Origin: Fidelibacterota bacterium
GTDB taxonomy: Bacteria > Pseudomonadota > Alphaproteobacteria > Rhodospirillales > Rhodospirillaceae
DNA: 64,000 nucleotides
NCBI GenBank assembly: GCA_002712165.1
Contig: PASS01000080.1
Location: 27,022-91,021, forward strand
Direction: 5' to 3'
Below, piece after piece: positions 43,986-53,790 of this stretch. The translations under genes and the position numbers were made by a program. Within the stretch, counting starts at the first letter, position 1. The number at the start of each line of letters is the position of its first letter. The notes under the pieces were generated by a model. It was not told where the DNA came from, made no database searches, and was given only the letters and a program-made list of their open reading frames with translations.

Positions 43986-44900
43986 TTAAAATAATCCATG
44001 CAACACGGCGATCCAAAATTTTTCGATGTTCGCTCGCACCCGCGCAAAGCCCTTTGCTACAGGTAAGGGCTTCCACCCATTTTTTTGCATTCGCTCAAGG
44101 TGTTTGCGGTAAACGGTCATCATAATAACGGCCGGTCTCATCGTATCTTTGGGGCATGCAGCTAATGTGTGCTGAGCTCCGCTAAAAGACTTTTCCGCCA
44201 TTTTTCCGACAAATTCGAGGGCATAGGGTAGGCGTCTGTCATTAATGACGGTAGTTGGGGATCTACTCTCAATGCCGGCGAAGTCTAGCGCTTCAGTGGG
44301 AATATAAAGCCGACCAGTTAGTGCGTCTTCTTTTACGTCCCTCAGAATATTCGTGAGTTGAAGTGCACGCCCAAGGTGGTCTGCTACTTGTTCACCTGCT
44401 TCTGTTGGCTCTCCAAAGGCGCGAATACACAACCGTCCTACAGCCGATGCTACTAGGTCGCAGTATTGGTCAAGGGTTGCCGTGGACGGTGCAATGATTG
44501 GGCCTAGCGCATCCATTTCCATTCCGTCAATGACGGCAAGGAAATCCCTTTTTTGTAAATTATATTTAGTAATGGCGGGATTTAATGCCCTCGTAATAGC
44601 GTCCATGCTGCAGCCTTCGAAGATGCTGTCGATTTTATCACGCCAGCTACGAAGGTCTGCGATTTTCTGGTCCCTTGTTAGATCCCCATCGGCAATATCA
44701 TCAACTTCTCGGCAAAAGGCATAAATCGCAAAAAGGGCCTCGCGTCGTTCTCGTGGCAGGATTCTCATTGCCCAGTAGAAAGATGAGCCTGAGGCCCGCA
44801 CTCTAGATCGGACAATTTTGATATCAGATTGGGCAGGCCACGATATTTCCGACGGGGCAGTTTGCGATCTGGTTTGCGCCAGTCCCATTGCTCTATCCAC
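43986..44900 (-). CDS. hpnD: presqualene diphosphate synthase
   Basis: SSFYWAMRILPRERREALFAIYAFCREVDDIADG and a second Asp-rich region, matching the HpnD-type squalene/phytoene synthase family. Confidence 0.85.
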   Translation of the reverse strand: MDRAMGLAQTRSQTAPSEISWPAQSDIKIVRSRVRASGSSFYWAMRILPRERREALFAIYAFCREVDDIADGDLTRDQKIADLRSWRDKIDSIFEGCSMDAITRALNPAITKYNLQKRDFLAVIDGMEMDALGPIIAPSTATLDQYCDLVASAVGRLCIRAFGEPTEAGEQVADHLGRALQLTNILRDVKEDALTGRLYIPTEALDFAGIESRSPTTVINDRRLPYALEFVGKMAEKSFSGAQHTLAACPKDTMRPAVIMMTVYRKHLERMQKNGWKPLPVAKGFARVRANIEKFWIAVLHGLF

Positions 44901-44934
44901 CTTGTTTAATCAGATTGTACCTTTATGAGGTTTC

Positions 44935-46875
44935 CTACGTGCGAGAGTAGGCTTTTTGATGGCGTTCGGTTTTCCCACCAAAAGCATTCATGCAAATGTC
45001 TGCTATCTGGGCCGCTTGTAACGCTGCATCTTCATATTGACCCTCTGGTTTGCCGTGGGCTACGAAGCGATCCGGTAAAGTCATGGTTCGAACCTTTAGG
45101 CCTGAATCGAGTTGGCTACTTTGAGCGAGATAGGTCAAGACATGAGCACCAAAACCACCGGCAGCCCCCTCTTCAATAGTAACTAGAACTTCATGATTCC
45201 TGGCAAGTTGGGTAACTAAATCCTCATCTAGTGGTTTTGCAAAACGAGCATCGGCAACTGTTGTAGACAGGCCGCGCAAAGCTAATTCTTCAGAAGCCTT
45301 TAAGCACTCTTGAAGACGTCCACCAAGTGAAAGTATAGCAATGGATGTGCCTTGGCGCAGAACACGGCCTTTTCCTATGGGTAATATACTTCCACGCACT
45401 GGTAGTTCGACTCCAGTACCTTCTCCGCGTGGGAATCTAAACGCTGATGGGCGGTCACCGATGTCAAGCGATGTTGCTACCATATGCTTTAGCTCTGACT
45501 CATCGGCAGCCGCCATAACAACAAAACCGGGAAGACATGTTAGGTAGGCAAGGTCGTAACTACCGGCGTGAGTGGGGCCATCAGCTCCGACGAGTCCAGC
45601 CCGGTCAATGGCGAAGCGGACAGGTAAATTCTGAAGTGCAACATCGTGTACAATTTGGTCATAAGCCCGCTGCAAAAAGCAGGAATAAATTGCTACTATT
45701 GGTTTAAGGCCATCGGCCGCAAGTCCGGCGGCGAATGTTACGCCATGCTGTTCAGCAATACCGACATCGTAGCAGCGCTCGGGAAATTTTTTGGCAAACT
45801 CATTAAGACCTGTGCCTGAAGGCATAGCTGCAGTAATTGCTATAATGTCTGGGTCCTGTTCAGCCTCTTCAATTAGACTTGTCGCAAAAATTTTTGTAAA
45901 GGTCGGGGCCTTAGGTTTTACTTTGAAAATTTCGCCTGTGAGTGGATCAAATTTAGAGACCGCATGGTAATTTTCTCCTTGTGGCTTTTTAAATGGGTGG
46001 CCTTTACCTTTTTCGGTGATGACATGCAAAAGAATCATGCCGTTGTTACATTTGCGTAGAGCCTTGAGAATAATAGTTAGGTCTTCAACATTGTGGCCGT
46101 CTACTGGACCAACATAGGTGCACCCTAATTGATCGAACATAGTTGCATTTGGCCGGGCGAGGGAGGTTTCCTCTGGGAATTTCTCTTCAAGGCAACGTTG
46201 AATATCGGTTGCCGATTGCATGGTACGTGATTTGGCCAAATCCTTAAGGTAGTTTGTTAAAGCGCCGACAGACGGGGCAATGGACATGCCATTGTCATTT
46301 AGGACGACGATCATGCGTGATCTAAGCGATCCTGTATTATTTAGCGCTTCATAGGCCATGCCGGCGCTCATAGCGCCATCACCTATAACTGCGACCACGT
46401 GCCTATCTGCATTCTTCTTATCGCGGGCAATAGCCATACCGAGGGCAGCAGAAATGGATGTAGAACTATGGGCAGCGCCAAAGGGGTCGTATTCGCTCTC
46501 AGCTCGTAATGTAAATCCGTAAAGGCCGTTAGGTTGGCGAATGGTCCGGATCCGATCGCGGCGTCCTGTTAGGATTTTGTGAGGATAAGCTTGATGGCTC
46601 ACGTCCCAGACAATTCGGTCTTCTGGAGTATTAAAAACGTAATGCAGCGCTATAGTCAGCTCTACCACGCCTAGACCTGCTCCGAAATGACCCCCGGTGA
46701 CCGAGGCTGCGTTGATAGTTTCTGTGCGTAATTCGTCCGATAATTGCCTTAGCTGTGAAACTGGCAGCTGTCTAAGAGTTTGAACGGAGTCAACCGAGTC
46801 CAACAAAGGGGTAGCGGTCTTGCTTTCGTTTTCTGATATTTCTGATGTCTGTCGCTCAAGTTTGTTCACGCTCAT
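44935..46875 (-). CDS. dxs: 1-deoxy-D-xylulose-5-phosphate synthase
   Basis: TPLLDSV..LRQL....L..L..ELR N-terminus, the GDG(A/S)MSAG TPP motif ([16 protein letters not shown]), and full-length similarity. ATG 46875 is preferred. Confidence 0.95.
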   Translation of the reverse strand: MSVNKLERQTSEISENESKTATPLLDSVDSVQTLRQLPVSQLRQLSDELRTETINAASVTGGHFGAGLGVVELTIALHYVFNTPEDRIVWDVSHQAYPHKILTGRRDRIRTIRQPNGLYGFTLRAESEYDPFGAAHSSTSISAALGMAIARDKKNADRHVVAVIGDGAMSAGMAYEALNNTGSLRSRMIVVLNDNGMSIAPSVGALTNYLKDLAKSRTMQSATDIQRCLEEKFPEETSLARPNATMFDQLGCTYVGPVDGHNVEDLTIILKALRKCNNGMILLHVITEKGKGHPFKKPQGENYHAVSKFDPLTGEIFKVKPKAPTFTKIFATSLIEEAEQDPDIIAITAAMPSGTGLNEFAKKFPERCYDVGIAEQHGVTFAAGLAADGLKPIVAIYSCFLQRAYDQIVHDVALQNLPVRFAIDRAGLVGADGPTHAGSYDLAYLTCLPGFVVMAAADESELKHMVATSLDIGDRPSAFRFPRGEGTGVELPVRGSILPIGKGRVLRQGTSIAILSLGGRLQECLKASEELALRGLSTTVADARFAKPLDEDLVTQLARNHEVLVTIEEGAAGGFGAHVLTYLAQSSQLDSGLKVRTMTLPDRFVAHGKPEGQYEDAALQAAQIADICMNAFGGKTERHQKAYSRT

Positions 46876-46994
46876 ACCATCCCACGAGGCGTGGCTTTCC
46901 CAGCCTCGATACATAATTACAACTAGTCAATTAGCTCCGCCGCCGGCCTAAGCCCTCCCCTGGCAGCGGGACCCACCTCACAATGAATTGTTTA

Positions 46995-48275
46995 CTAAGA
47001 GAATTCTGACAGATTCCCCGGCTCGGCTGAAGGCCCATAGTGGCGTCCCTTCCATTGACCGCCGCGGTGTCGCCCATGAGCAACAGCCGAATCCACCGTC
47101 ATAAAGGTATAAAGCGCGGCAGCTAAAGGTAATATCAAGCCTTCCCAACGGTGTCTGCCGTAATCTACTAGGGTTGGGCTATAAGAAACAGCCATGGCCA
47201 CCCAAGATACGAGCCCAAGAAAGGAGGCTAAACTATTGCCATGCAAAGGAAAACTCAGCAAAAGTGCTGGAGGACTCAAGAAAATTAAGGTCATAGCCAG
47301 CACAGTGAGTACAAGAAGAAGTGGGGAATACTTCAACTGGCTAAAGGCGGTACGCCGTATCATAGCCCACAGGGGCTTTAAGGATTCGTTGGCTCGGAGG
47401 CTCTTGCTGCCGTCTGCAAGGCCTAGCCAAAGTCGCCCACCGCTCCGTTTGATTAGCTTTGCTATGGCACAATCATCGATCAAAGCGCTGGAAATTGATT
47501 CCAACCCGCCCGAAGCATTCAATGACTCGCGGCGCAGCAGTATACAACCCCCAGCTGCAGCCGCGACTCGTGAGCTTGGATTATTCACGGCAGGGAAGGG
47601 GTACAGCATTTGAAAAAAATAAATGAAGGTCGGTATTAGGAGCCGTTCCCAAAAAGAGATACAGCGAAGACGCACCATTAGCGAGGTCAAATCCAATCTC
47701 TCGTGCACTGCTTTTGCAATTAATCTGGATAGGGTTTTTGGTGGATGGACGACGTCAGCGTCTGTAAACCATATGTACTCTGGAGATTCTTGATGAGCAT
47801 TTGTATAGCTCAAACCTGCATTTAAGGCTGATAGTTTGCCAGTCCAGCCATCTGTAAGCGGTGGAGCGGGAATAATAATCGTGTGATTAATACCTCCAGA
47901 GCCATCGATCTGTGTTCTCGAACCTTCATTTTGCTCTATAGCAGAACGCACGATGTCACCCGTGCCGTCTGTCGAGGCATCATCAACAAAGATGACTGAA
48001 AATATTCCTGGGTAATTTTGTGCCATAAGAGATTTGACACAGGCCCTAATGGTTGGTGCTTCATCTCGCGCAGGTACAACGGCTACTACTGATGGCCATG
48101 TCTTCAATTTAGGCAAATCGCGCGGCAGGTTTCCTCGACCATACCAGAACCTGTTATGGAAAAAGAGAAGGTAAGTCCAACCTGCAATCCCCAGCCAGGC
48201 AATCGCATAAATCACTATGCTCGGAACCATAATCGCAACAAGCCAGAGATAGATGCCAAGGCAAATCCTGGCCAT
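46995..48275 (-). CDS. hpnB: hopene-associated family 2 glycosyltransferase
   Basis: VVPARDEAPTI...VIFVDDASTDGT GT2 core plus flanking TM helices, between hpnC and dxs. The start may be ATG 48230. Confidence 0.8.
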   Translation of the reverse strand: MARICLGIYLWLVAIMVPSIVIYAIAWLGIAGWTYLLFFHNRFWYGRGNLPRDLPKLKTWPSVVAVVPARDEAPTIRACVKSLMAQNYPGIFSVIFVDDASTDGTGDIVRSAIEQNEGSRTQIDGSGGINHTIIIPAPPLTDGWTGKLSALNAGLSYTNAHQESPEYIWFTDADVVHPPKTLSRLIAKAVHERLDLTSLMVRLRCISFWERLLIPTFIYFFQMLYPFPAVNNPSSRVAAAAGGCILLRRESLNASGGLESISSALIDDCAIAKLIKRSGGRLWLGLADGSKSLRANESLKPLWAMIRRTAFSQLKYSPLLLVLTVLAMTLIFLSPPALLLSFPLHGNSLASFLGLVSWVAMAVSYSPTLVDYGRHRWEGLILPLAAALYTFMTVDSAVAHGRHRGGQWKGRHYGPSAEPGNLSEFS

Positions 48276-49081
48276 TTTAACACAACGCTGCCAGAGAGTG
48301 GGTCACAATGTCTTAGTTTTTTAGATAAACGTTCGGCGATTGCAACAATCACCGCTGTTTCCATAGCCAGTCGTTTGTGCTCCATCTCTACCGGGAGTTT
48401 GCGTGCTTGAGCTAAGAGCTTGTCAGTACCATCAAGGCAACGGTCTATTACAGCTCTTAAAGCTGGTGTGGCCTTTGTTTGCGCAAGATCTACCACGTTC
48501 GAGGATTGAGTTTGCATCCATTCTTCAGGTAGGTAGACGCGGTTAAGATTAGCATAGTCTATCGCGCAATCCTGCAAATGATTGATAATTTGTAGCGCAT
48601 TGCATAGATCGTCGGACAGTTTATACAGCGACGCTCTTTCACCATGTAAGTCTAGGAGGAAACGGCCTACAGGCGCCGCCGAGCGGTTGCAGTAGTCTAT
48701 AAGCTCACTCCAATTAGTGTAACGACTTTTAATAGCATCCTGTTTAAATGCAGAAATAAGATCCAGGCCGTATTGTGTAGTTACACGCACCTCATTTAAT
48801 TTGGTGCGTAAAACATGAGCTTTTGCGTAGGAAGGGTCTTCGTTGTTACCGCACAGGGCGTCCGCAAATCCATTAAGTCGCGAAATCTTAATTCCTGAAC
48901 GTAATTCTGGATTGTCAGCGATATCATCAATAGCACGCGCGAATGCGTAGAAGGCTGCGACATGCGGTCGTAACTTTTTTTGTATCAACCAAGAACCGAC
49001 GGGAAAATTCTCGTCCCTTGCGCCCTTTCCAGATGGTGTTTCCACTGGCGCTTCGATTTTACGCAACACGGTTTCGCTCAC
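48215..49081 (-). CDS. hpnC: hydroxysqualene synthase (HpnC-type squalene synthase family)
   Basis: ENFPVGSWLI...FYAFARAIDDIADN is the HpnC-type signature. GTG start. Confidence 0.85.
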   Translation of the reverse strand: MSETVLRKIEAPVETPSGKGARDENFPVGSWLIQKKLRPHVAAFYAFARAIDDIADNPELRSGIKISRLNGFADALCGNNEDPSYAKAHVLRTKLNEVRVTTQYGLDLISAFKQDAIKSRYTNWSELIDYCNRSAAPVGRFLLDLHGERASLYKLSDDLCNALQIINHLQDCAIDYANLNRVYLPEEWMQTQSSNVVDLAQTKATPALRAVIDRCLDGTDKLLAQARKLPVEMEHKRLAMETAVIVAIAERLSKKLRHCDPLSGSVVLKWPGFALASISGLLRLWFRA

Positions 49082-49163
49082 GGTGAGTCCTTTGATAAAA
49101 GTTTTAGCATGTGTGCGGGATCAATACGCTTTTGCTCTGAATGGAGCAAGAAAAGTGAAATCA

Positions 49164-50723
49164 TTATTCTGTATCGCCCTGAGGTGGGTCAGGTGGGGCG
49201 CGGCGGGCACTTGTGGCTTGCTCAAAAGCGTAGCCAAGTGCAAGGAGTCTGCCCTCCGACCAGGCTGGTCCCATAAAAGAAAGCCCTATTGGAAGATTGT
49301 CTACGAAGCCCATAGGCACGGTGAGATGGGGATATCCAGAGACTGCTGGTAGACGTGTCGCTGAAGGACTGGAGATGTCGCCATTCTTAGGGTCGATGAC
49401 CCACGCTGGGTCGGTGGTGGGCGCTATAAGGGCGATGGTGTTATATTCATAGAGTAGACGGTCGATTCCATCTGGCCCCGCTGATTGTTTCGTAGTTTCA
49501 CGAGCGCGGATGTAATCAGTGTCTTTAAGACCTTTAGTAGCTTCAGACTCTTCAAATAGATTTTGGCCGAACCAGGCTAATTCGCGCGGTTCGGAAAGGT
49601 TAAATGTAATGATTTCGGTCAGGGTACGTGCAGTGACCCTAGGTGGTGTATCAGCTAAATAAGTGTTGAGGCCTACTTTGAATTCGGTAAGTAAGACCGT
49701 GAGCTCGTCATCACCCATTTGCCCAAAGTTGAAGTTTTTGATTTCGACCAACTCTACGCCCTGAGCCACCAGGGTTTGTAGCGCCGTTTCAAAAACAGCT
49801 AAAGTTTGCGTCGAGTAGCCATTTAAAAATCGCAATACTCCTATACGCACACCATTCAGAGCATTAGCATCAAGAAACTTTTTATAATCGGTGCGGTGAG
49901 TGTCGGCCGTTACCGTTGCCAGATCGGATGGATCGCTTCCGGCCATGGCTGTGAGCAATGCTGCAGTATCTTCTACTGTCCGCGCCATAGCCCCTGCCGT
50001 ATCTTGGCTAGCACTAATGGGGATAATTCCGCTCCGTGAGATGAGTCCAACGGTAGGCTTTAGGCCGACTATACCGTTAATGGACGCGGGGCACGTAACA
50101 GAGCCATCGGTTTCAGTACCCACTGTTGCAGCGGCTAGGCTGACGGCGGTGGCCACACCAGAGCCTGAACTAGAGCCACAAGCAGTCCGGGTAAGGTCGT
50201 GCGGGTTACGGGAGATACCTCCGACGGCGCTCCAACCACTTGAGGAATCAGATGAGCGGAAGTTTGCCCATTCCGAAAGATTGGTTTTACCGAGAATAAC
50301 TGCGCCAGCGTTTTTGAGATTACGTACCAGTGGAGCATCTTGACGGGGATAATTGTTGGCCAAGGCCAGTGAGCCTGCGGTGGTCGGCATACCAATAGCA
50401 TCGATATTATCCTTCAGCAAAATTGGAATGCCTTCAAGAGGACCAAGGCTTTTTCCTTCTTTGCGCCGCACATCAGATGCACGTGCCTGATCAATCGCGT
50501 CAGGTGCTATAGCTATGATCGCGTTTAGAGAGGGATTTAAGTCATTTATACGCTCGATGTAAGATTGGGTGATGGTTTCTGATACGGTACGACCTTCGGC
50601 GAGGTCTTTGGCTATATCGTCAATCGAAAGGTCTTTGACGAGGTATGGTGTGTGCGGGCCTGGGCAGGCTGCAAGTCCTATAGTAAGTAATCCAGACCAG
50701 CTTAGGGTGCGTAAGTAATTCAT
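49164..50723 (-). CDS. amidase-signature (AS) family amidase, lipoprotein
   Basis: Signal with lipobox GLAAC. AS-family region GGISRNPHDLTRTACGSSSGSGVA and KPTVGLISRSG. Confidence 0.85.
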   Translation of the reverse strand: MNYLRTLSWSGLLTIGLAACPGPHTPYLVKDLSIDDIAKDLAEGRTVSETITQSYIERINDLNPSLNAIIAIAPDAIDQARASDVRRKEGKSLGPLEGIPILLKDNIDAIGMPTTAGSLALANNYPRQDAPLVRNLKNAGAVILGKTNLSEWANFRSSDSSSGWSAVGGISRNPHDLTRTACGSSSGSGVATAVSLAAATVGTETDGSVTCPASINGIVGLKPTVGLISRSGIIPISASQDTAGAMARTVEDTAALLTAMAGSDPSDLATVTADTHRTDYKKFLDANALNGVRIGVLRFLNGYSTQTLAVFETALQTLVAQGVELVEIKNFNFGQMGDDELTVLLTEFKVGLNTYLADTPPRVTARTLTEIITFNLSEPRELAWFGQNLFEESEATKGLKDTDYIRARETTKQSAGPDGIDRLLYEYNTIALIAPTTDPAWVIDPKNGDISSPSATRLPAVSGYPHLTVPMGFVDNLPIGLSFMGPAWSEGRLLALGYAFEQATSARRAPPDPPQGDTE

Positions 50724-50857
50724 ATTCACTTCCATCTTTTGGGCTCGTCATTTCGAGAAGACGCTCCAAAAGTAATTCTACAATTTTTTTGTAATGATGA
50801 TAGTTCAGTATTTTGGCATTAAAACAAAATCTCTGTTACATCGCCTATGGTCCAATT

Positions 50858-51295
50858 ATGTTGATATCTTTTGCCGTGGTGTTCGGCACAGCTTTTCTGG
50901 CAGCGACCGTGCTGCCATTTTACTCCGAGGTGGTTTTGGCTGCTTCACTTGCCGACCCGGAGATCAGTCGTATTGCATTATGGTTTGTCGCCACATCAGG
51001 CAACACTTTGGGTGCTATTGTTAACTATTTATTGGGTCGCTATGCTGCGCATTGGCGTGATAAGCGCTGGTTTCCTGCGTCAAAGCGGGCAATGGACAAG
51101 GCCGAGGGCTGGTTCCAAAGTCGCGGGGCTTGGATGTTGCTCTTTTCATGGATACCGGTAGGCGGTGATGCCTTGACGGTTGTAGCAGGATTGCTAAGGG
51201 TTCGGTTCTATTTTTTCTTGGCGTTGGTCGCAATCGGGAAAGGCGCACGTTATGCAGCTTTTATATTTGGGGCTGAGCTGGTATTTTTTAGATAA
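50858..51295 (+). CDS. YqaA/DedA-family small membrane protein
   Basis: About 145 aa with 4 TM helices and the GNTLGAIVNYLLGRY and GDALTVVAG motifs typical of YqaA-type DedA proteins. Confidence 0.7.
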   Translation: MLISFAVVFGTAFLAATVLPFYSEVVLAASLADPEISRIALWFVATSGNTLGAIVNYLLGRYAAHWRDKRWFPASKRAMDKAEGWFQSRGAWMLLFSWIPVGGDALTVVAGLLRVRFYFFLALVAIGKGARYAAFIFGAELVFFR

Positions 51296-51298
51296 GGC

Positions 51299-52708
51299 CT
51301 ACTCTGCGGCGGCCTGAACAGAGGATTCTCGGCGTTTAACCGCATTCTTGCCAATACGAAATAGTGCCTCCCAAGCTGGGCCAGGAAATTTATGTAAGTC
51401 CACCATCACCTTCTCGAAAGCAGTTAGAAACCAGGTCACGTCCTCATCTGTCAGAGTGAGTGGTGGGATTAGTTTGATAGTATTGGTGCGGTGCCCCGAG
51501 ACTTGAGTAAGTATGCGGTGATCGGCTAGCAGTGGAATAGTGATTGCTTGACAGAAAAGGTCTTTGCTTAGGGCATTGACGCTGGACCAAGCTGCACGAA
51601 GCGAAAGCGACTTGGGAGCTCCGAATTCGATACCGACCATCAAACCACGCCAGCGCACATCAGCGATAAACTCAAAACGCTTCTTCATAGCGAGCAAGCC
51701 TTGGCCGAGTCTATCACCCATGATATTTGCATTGTGTGCGGCATTCGATTCATCTAGAGCTGTGAGCGCCGCAAGGCCAGCAACCATAGCCATGTCGCCC
51801 TGGCCAAAAGTAGAGGAATGAACAACACAATCCTCAAACGAAGAGAAAATTTTATTGTACACATCTTTTTTATATAGAACCGCGCCCACAGGTACGTAAC
51901 CCCCGGATAATGCTTTAGAAAGTACGACTATATCAGCCTCTACGTCGCCATCGTGATCCATAGCCAAAAAATGCCCGGTTCGACAGAGGCCAGTTTGAAT
52001 TTCATCTACAACAAATAGCGTGCCGTATTGACGGCATAAATGTCCAGCTTCACGCAAATAACCGACGTTCGGAATTGTGACGCCTTTACCCTGAATGGGC
52101 TCGACAATAAAGGCTGCTACATCTCTTTTGCTGAGGGCATCTTCAAGGTGACCAATATCATTATAATTAATTTTGCGGCTACCAGGTAGTAGCTGGCCAA
52201 ATCCACTACGGAATATCTCTGCGCCATTAAGCGCTAAGGCTCCGGTGGTTAAGCCGTGGAAAGCAGAGGATGCGTACAATATGCCTTCACGTTGGGTTGA
52301 GCGACGGGCGAATTTGATGGCAGTTTCGACTCCATCAGCCCCAGAATTTGTGAAGTAGACATAGTCAAATCCAGGAATGCGACGCTTGAGTTCTTGTGCG
52401 AGCATGCCAGATAAAAGAGGCGTGCCAAGTTGAATTAAGCTAGCGGTCTCAGCGTTGAGAAAGTCTGATAATGCCCTGCGCACGGTTTTATTGTTGCGGC
52501 CCATATTAAACATGCCGTAGCCACCGAGCATATCTAGATAATGCTCACCATTTTGATCAATAAGATGAGCGTTTTCAGCATTCACATAGGTGCGATCGAA
52601 GCCAATCAGATTCAATGATTTGGCGAAGCGCGGATTGACGTGGTCGCTTTGCAATTGGTGGTGCGGACCAGCCGCATCCTGCAAAAGCCGTCGAATATCG
52701 AGCGGCAT
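51299..52708 (-). CDS. hpnO: class III aminotransferase, probable aminobacteriohopanetriol synthase
   Basis: Ornithine/acetylornithine-aminotransferase-like sequence (DEIQTGLCRTG, PLP Lys in VLSKALSGG). The assignment to hpnO rests on cluster context only. Confidence 0.7.
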   Translation of the reverse strand: MPLDIRRLLQDAAGPHHQLQSDHVNPRFAKSLNLIGFDRTYVNAENAHLIDQNGEHYLDMLGGYGMFNMGRNNKTVRRALSDFLNAETASLIQLGTPLLSGMLAQELKRRIPGFDYVYFTNSGADGVETAIKFARRSTQREGILYASSAFHGLTTGALALNGAEIFRSGFGQLLPGSRKINYNDIGHLEDALSKRDVAAFIVEPIQGKGVTIPNVGYLREAGHLCRQYGTLFVVDEIQTGLCRTGHFLAMDHDGDVEADIVVLSKALSGGYVPVGAVLYKKDVYNKIFSSFEDCVVHSSTFGQGDMAMVAGLAALTALDESNAAHNANIMGDRLGQGLLAMKKRFEFIADVRWRGLMVGIEFGAPKSLSLRAAWSSVNALSKDLFCQAITIPLLADHRILTQVSGHRTNTIKLIPPLTLTDEDVTWFLTAFEKVMVDLHKFPGPAWEALFRIGKNAVKRRESSVQAAAE

Positions 52709-52922
52709 GATGTTTGTTGTTCCTTCCAGGGTTTCTGAACAATTCCGGATCGGTTATTTGTTCTCTATATTAGCACAAGGTTTGACGCATGTGTGATGCG
52801 GAATTTGATAAAGTGAAGGAGCCAGAAAGGTGGCGTATTAAATCCCTTAAACCTCTAAAGTACAGGCTATAGTGGTTTTACATGCTATAAGTGAAGTCTG
52901 GTTTGGGCAGGAGAGTTTTGTC

Positions 52923-53753
52923 ATGAATCTTAAAGTAACTATAGTGGCAACGATCGTTTTTTTGATTGTGGCCCATGGTGTGGGAACTGCAGCAGAGCCC
53001 ACTGCTGTGTCAAAATTGCCGACGTTAAGTGTAGCCGCTGAGAAGGTTATCTTGGCAGATGGTGACATATTAGACAGACGGTACCGTATTCTCGGTCAGG
53101 TATTCGTTCGTGCAAAGAAGGTGGGCATTATTGATCGGCCTTCTATCGAGACAAAAACGGATATCCTGTTAAAAGCAAAAGCGGCGGAATTAGGTGCAGA
53201 TGCCTTAATTAATGTTCGGCGCGAACGAAAAGGCATGTCCATATTTAGCTTCGGCCACATGGATGGATTTGGTACAGCCATTGCTTTTAGTAGTAGCGAT
53301 AACGTTGCAGTGACCCAGCAACCTGCGCCCTCGGACCAAACCGTCACAAAGGTATCTCCAAAAGCAGCGGTGGCACCCCAGGCGTCACTACCCCCCCCTG
53401 TGGTAGAAAACAACTCAACAGATCCATTGGAATTATTTATTGACGCCCTGAATTCCAACGAAATGGCTACTGCTTCGTCATTATTTGGCGATGATGCGGT
53501 TATTGAAGACCCTGCTGGCAGTCGGCCTATTGTTGGGCGAGACGCTTTAGAATCCTATCTTTCTGCATTAATCGCACGCGGTGCTCGTTATGAACTGCTG
53601 CTTCCAGTAGGAAATTCGGGTATGGGTGCAGCCGCAATGGCACTTCGTGTGCATTCGGGCCTCGCAGTTGAGAACACAATTCATGCATTCACCTTTGCTC
53701 CAAACGGCAGAATTTCTAGGATGAAGATTTATCGCGATCCCAAGTATCGCTGA
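52923..53753 (+). CDS. exported fusion protein: YbjQ/DUF74-like domain, Pro/Ala-rich linker, NTF2/SnoaL-like domain
   Basis: Signal/anchor MNLKVTIVATIVFLIVAHGVG. YRILGQV...AAELGADALINV is YbjQ-like. LFGDDAVIEDPAGSRPIVGRDALESYL is SnoaL/ketosteroid-isomerase-like. Confidence 0.55.
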   Translation: MNLKVTIVATIVFLIVAHGVGTAAEPTAVSKLPTLSVAAEKVILADGDILDRRYRILGQVFVRAKKVGIIDRPSIETKTDILLKAKAAELGADALINVRRERKGMSIFSFGHMDGFGTAIAFSSSDNVAVTQQPAPSDQTVTKVSPKAAVAPQASLPPPVVENNSTDPLELFIDALNSNEMATASSLFGDDAVIEDPAGSRPIVGRDALESYLSALIARGARYELLLPVGNSGMGAAAMALRVHSGLAVENTIHAFTFAPNGRISRMKIYRDPKYR

Positions 53754-53790
53754 TTTAGGTTCTGTTAACCTATACATAGCGGTGTTTAAT

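Noticed and set aside
43981-44076. The long form of hpnE, which overlaps hpnD by 91 nt.
   Set aside because: GTG 43980 lies 3 nt after the hpnD stop and places the GAGIAG FAD motif at the normal distance from the N-terminus. The same reasoning was used to trim pmbA (7587-7655), xseA, rsmE, dxs and hpnM.
46876-46994. A possible TPP or other riboswitch in the 119-nt gap upstream of dxs.
   Set aside because: No TPP-riboswitch core elements (CUGAGA / ACCUGAUCUGGAUAAUGCC-like) are visible. Only a 5-bp hairpin is present.
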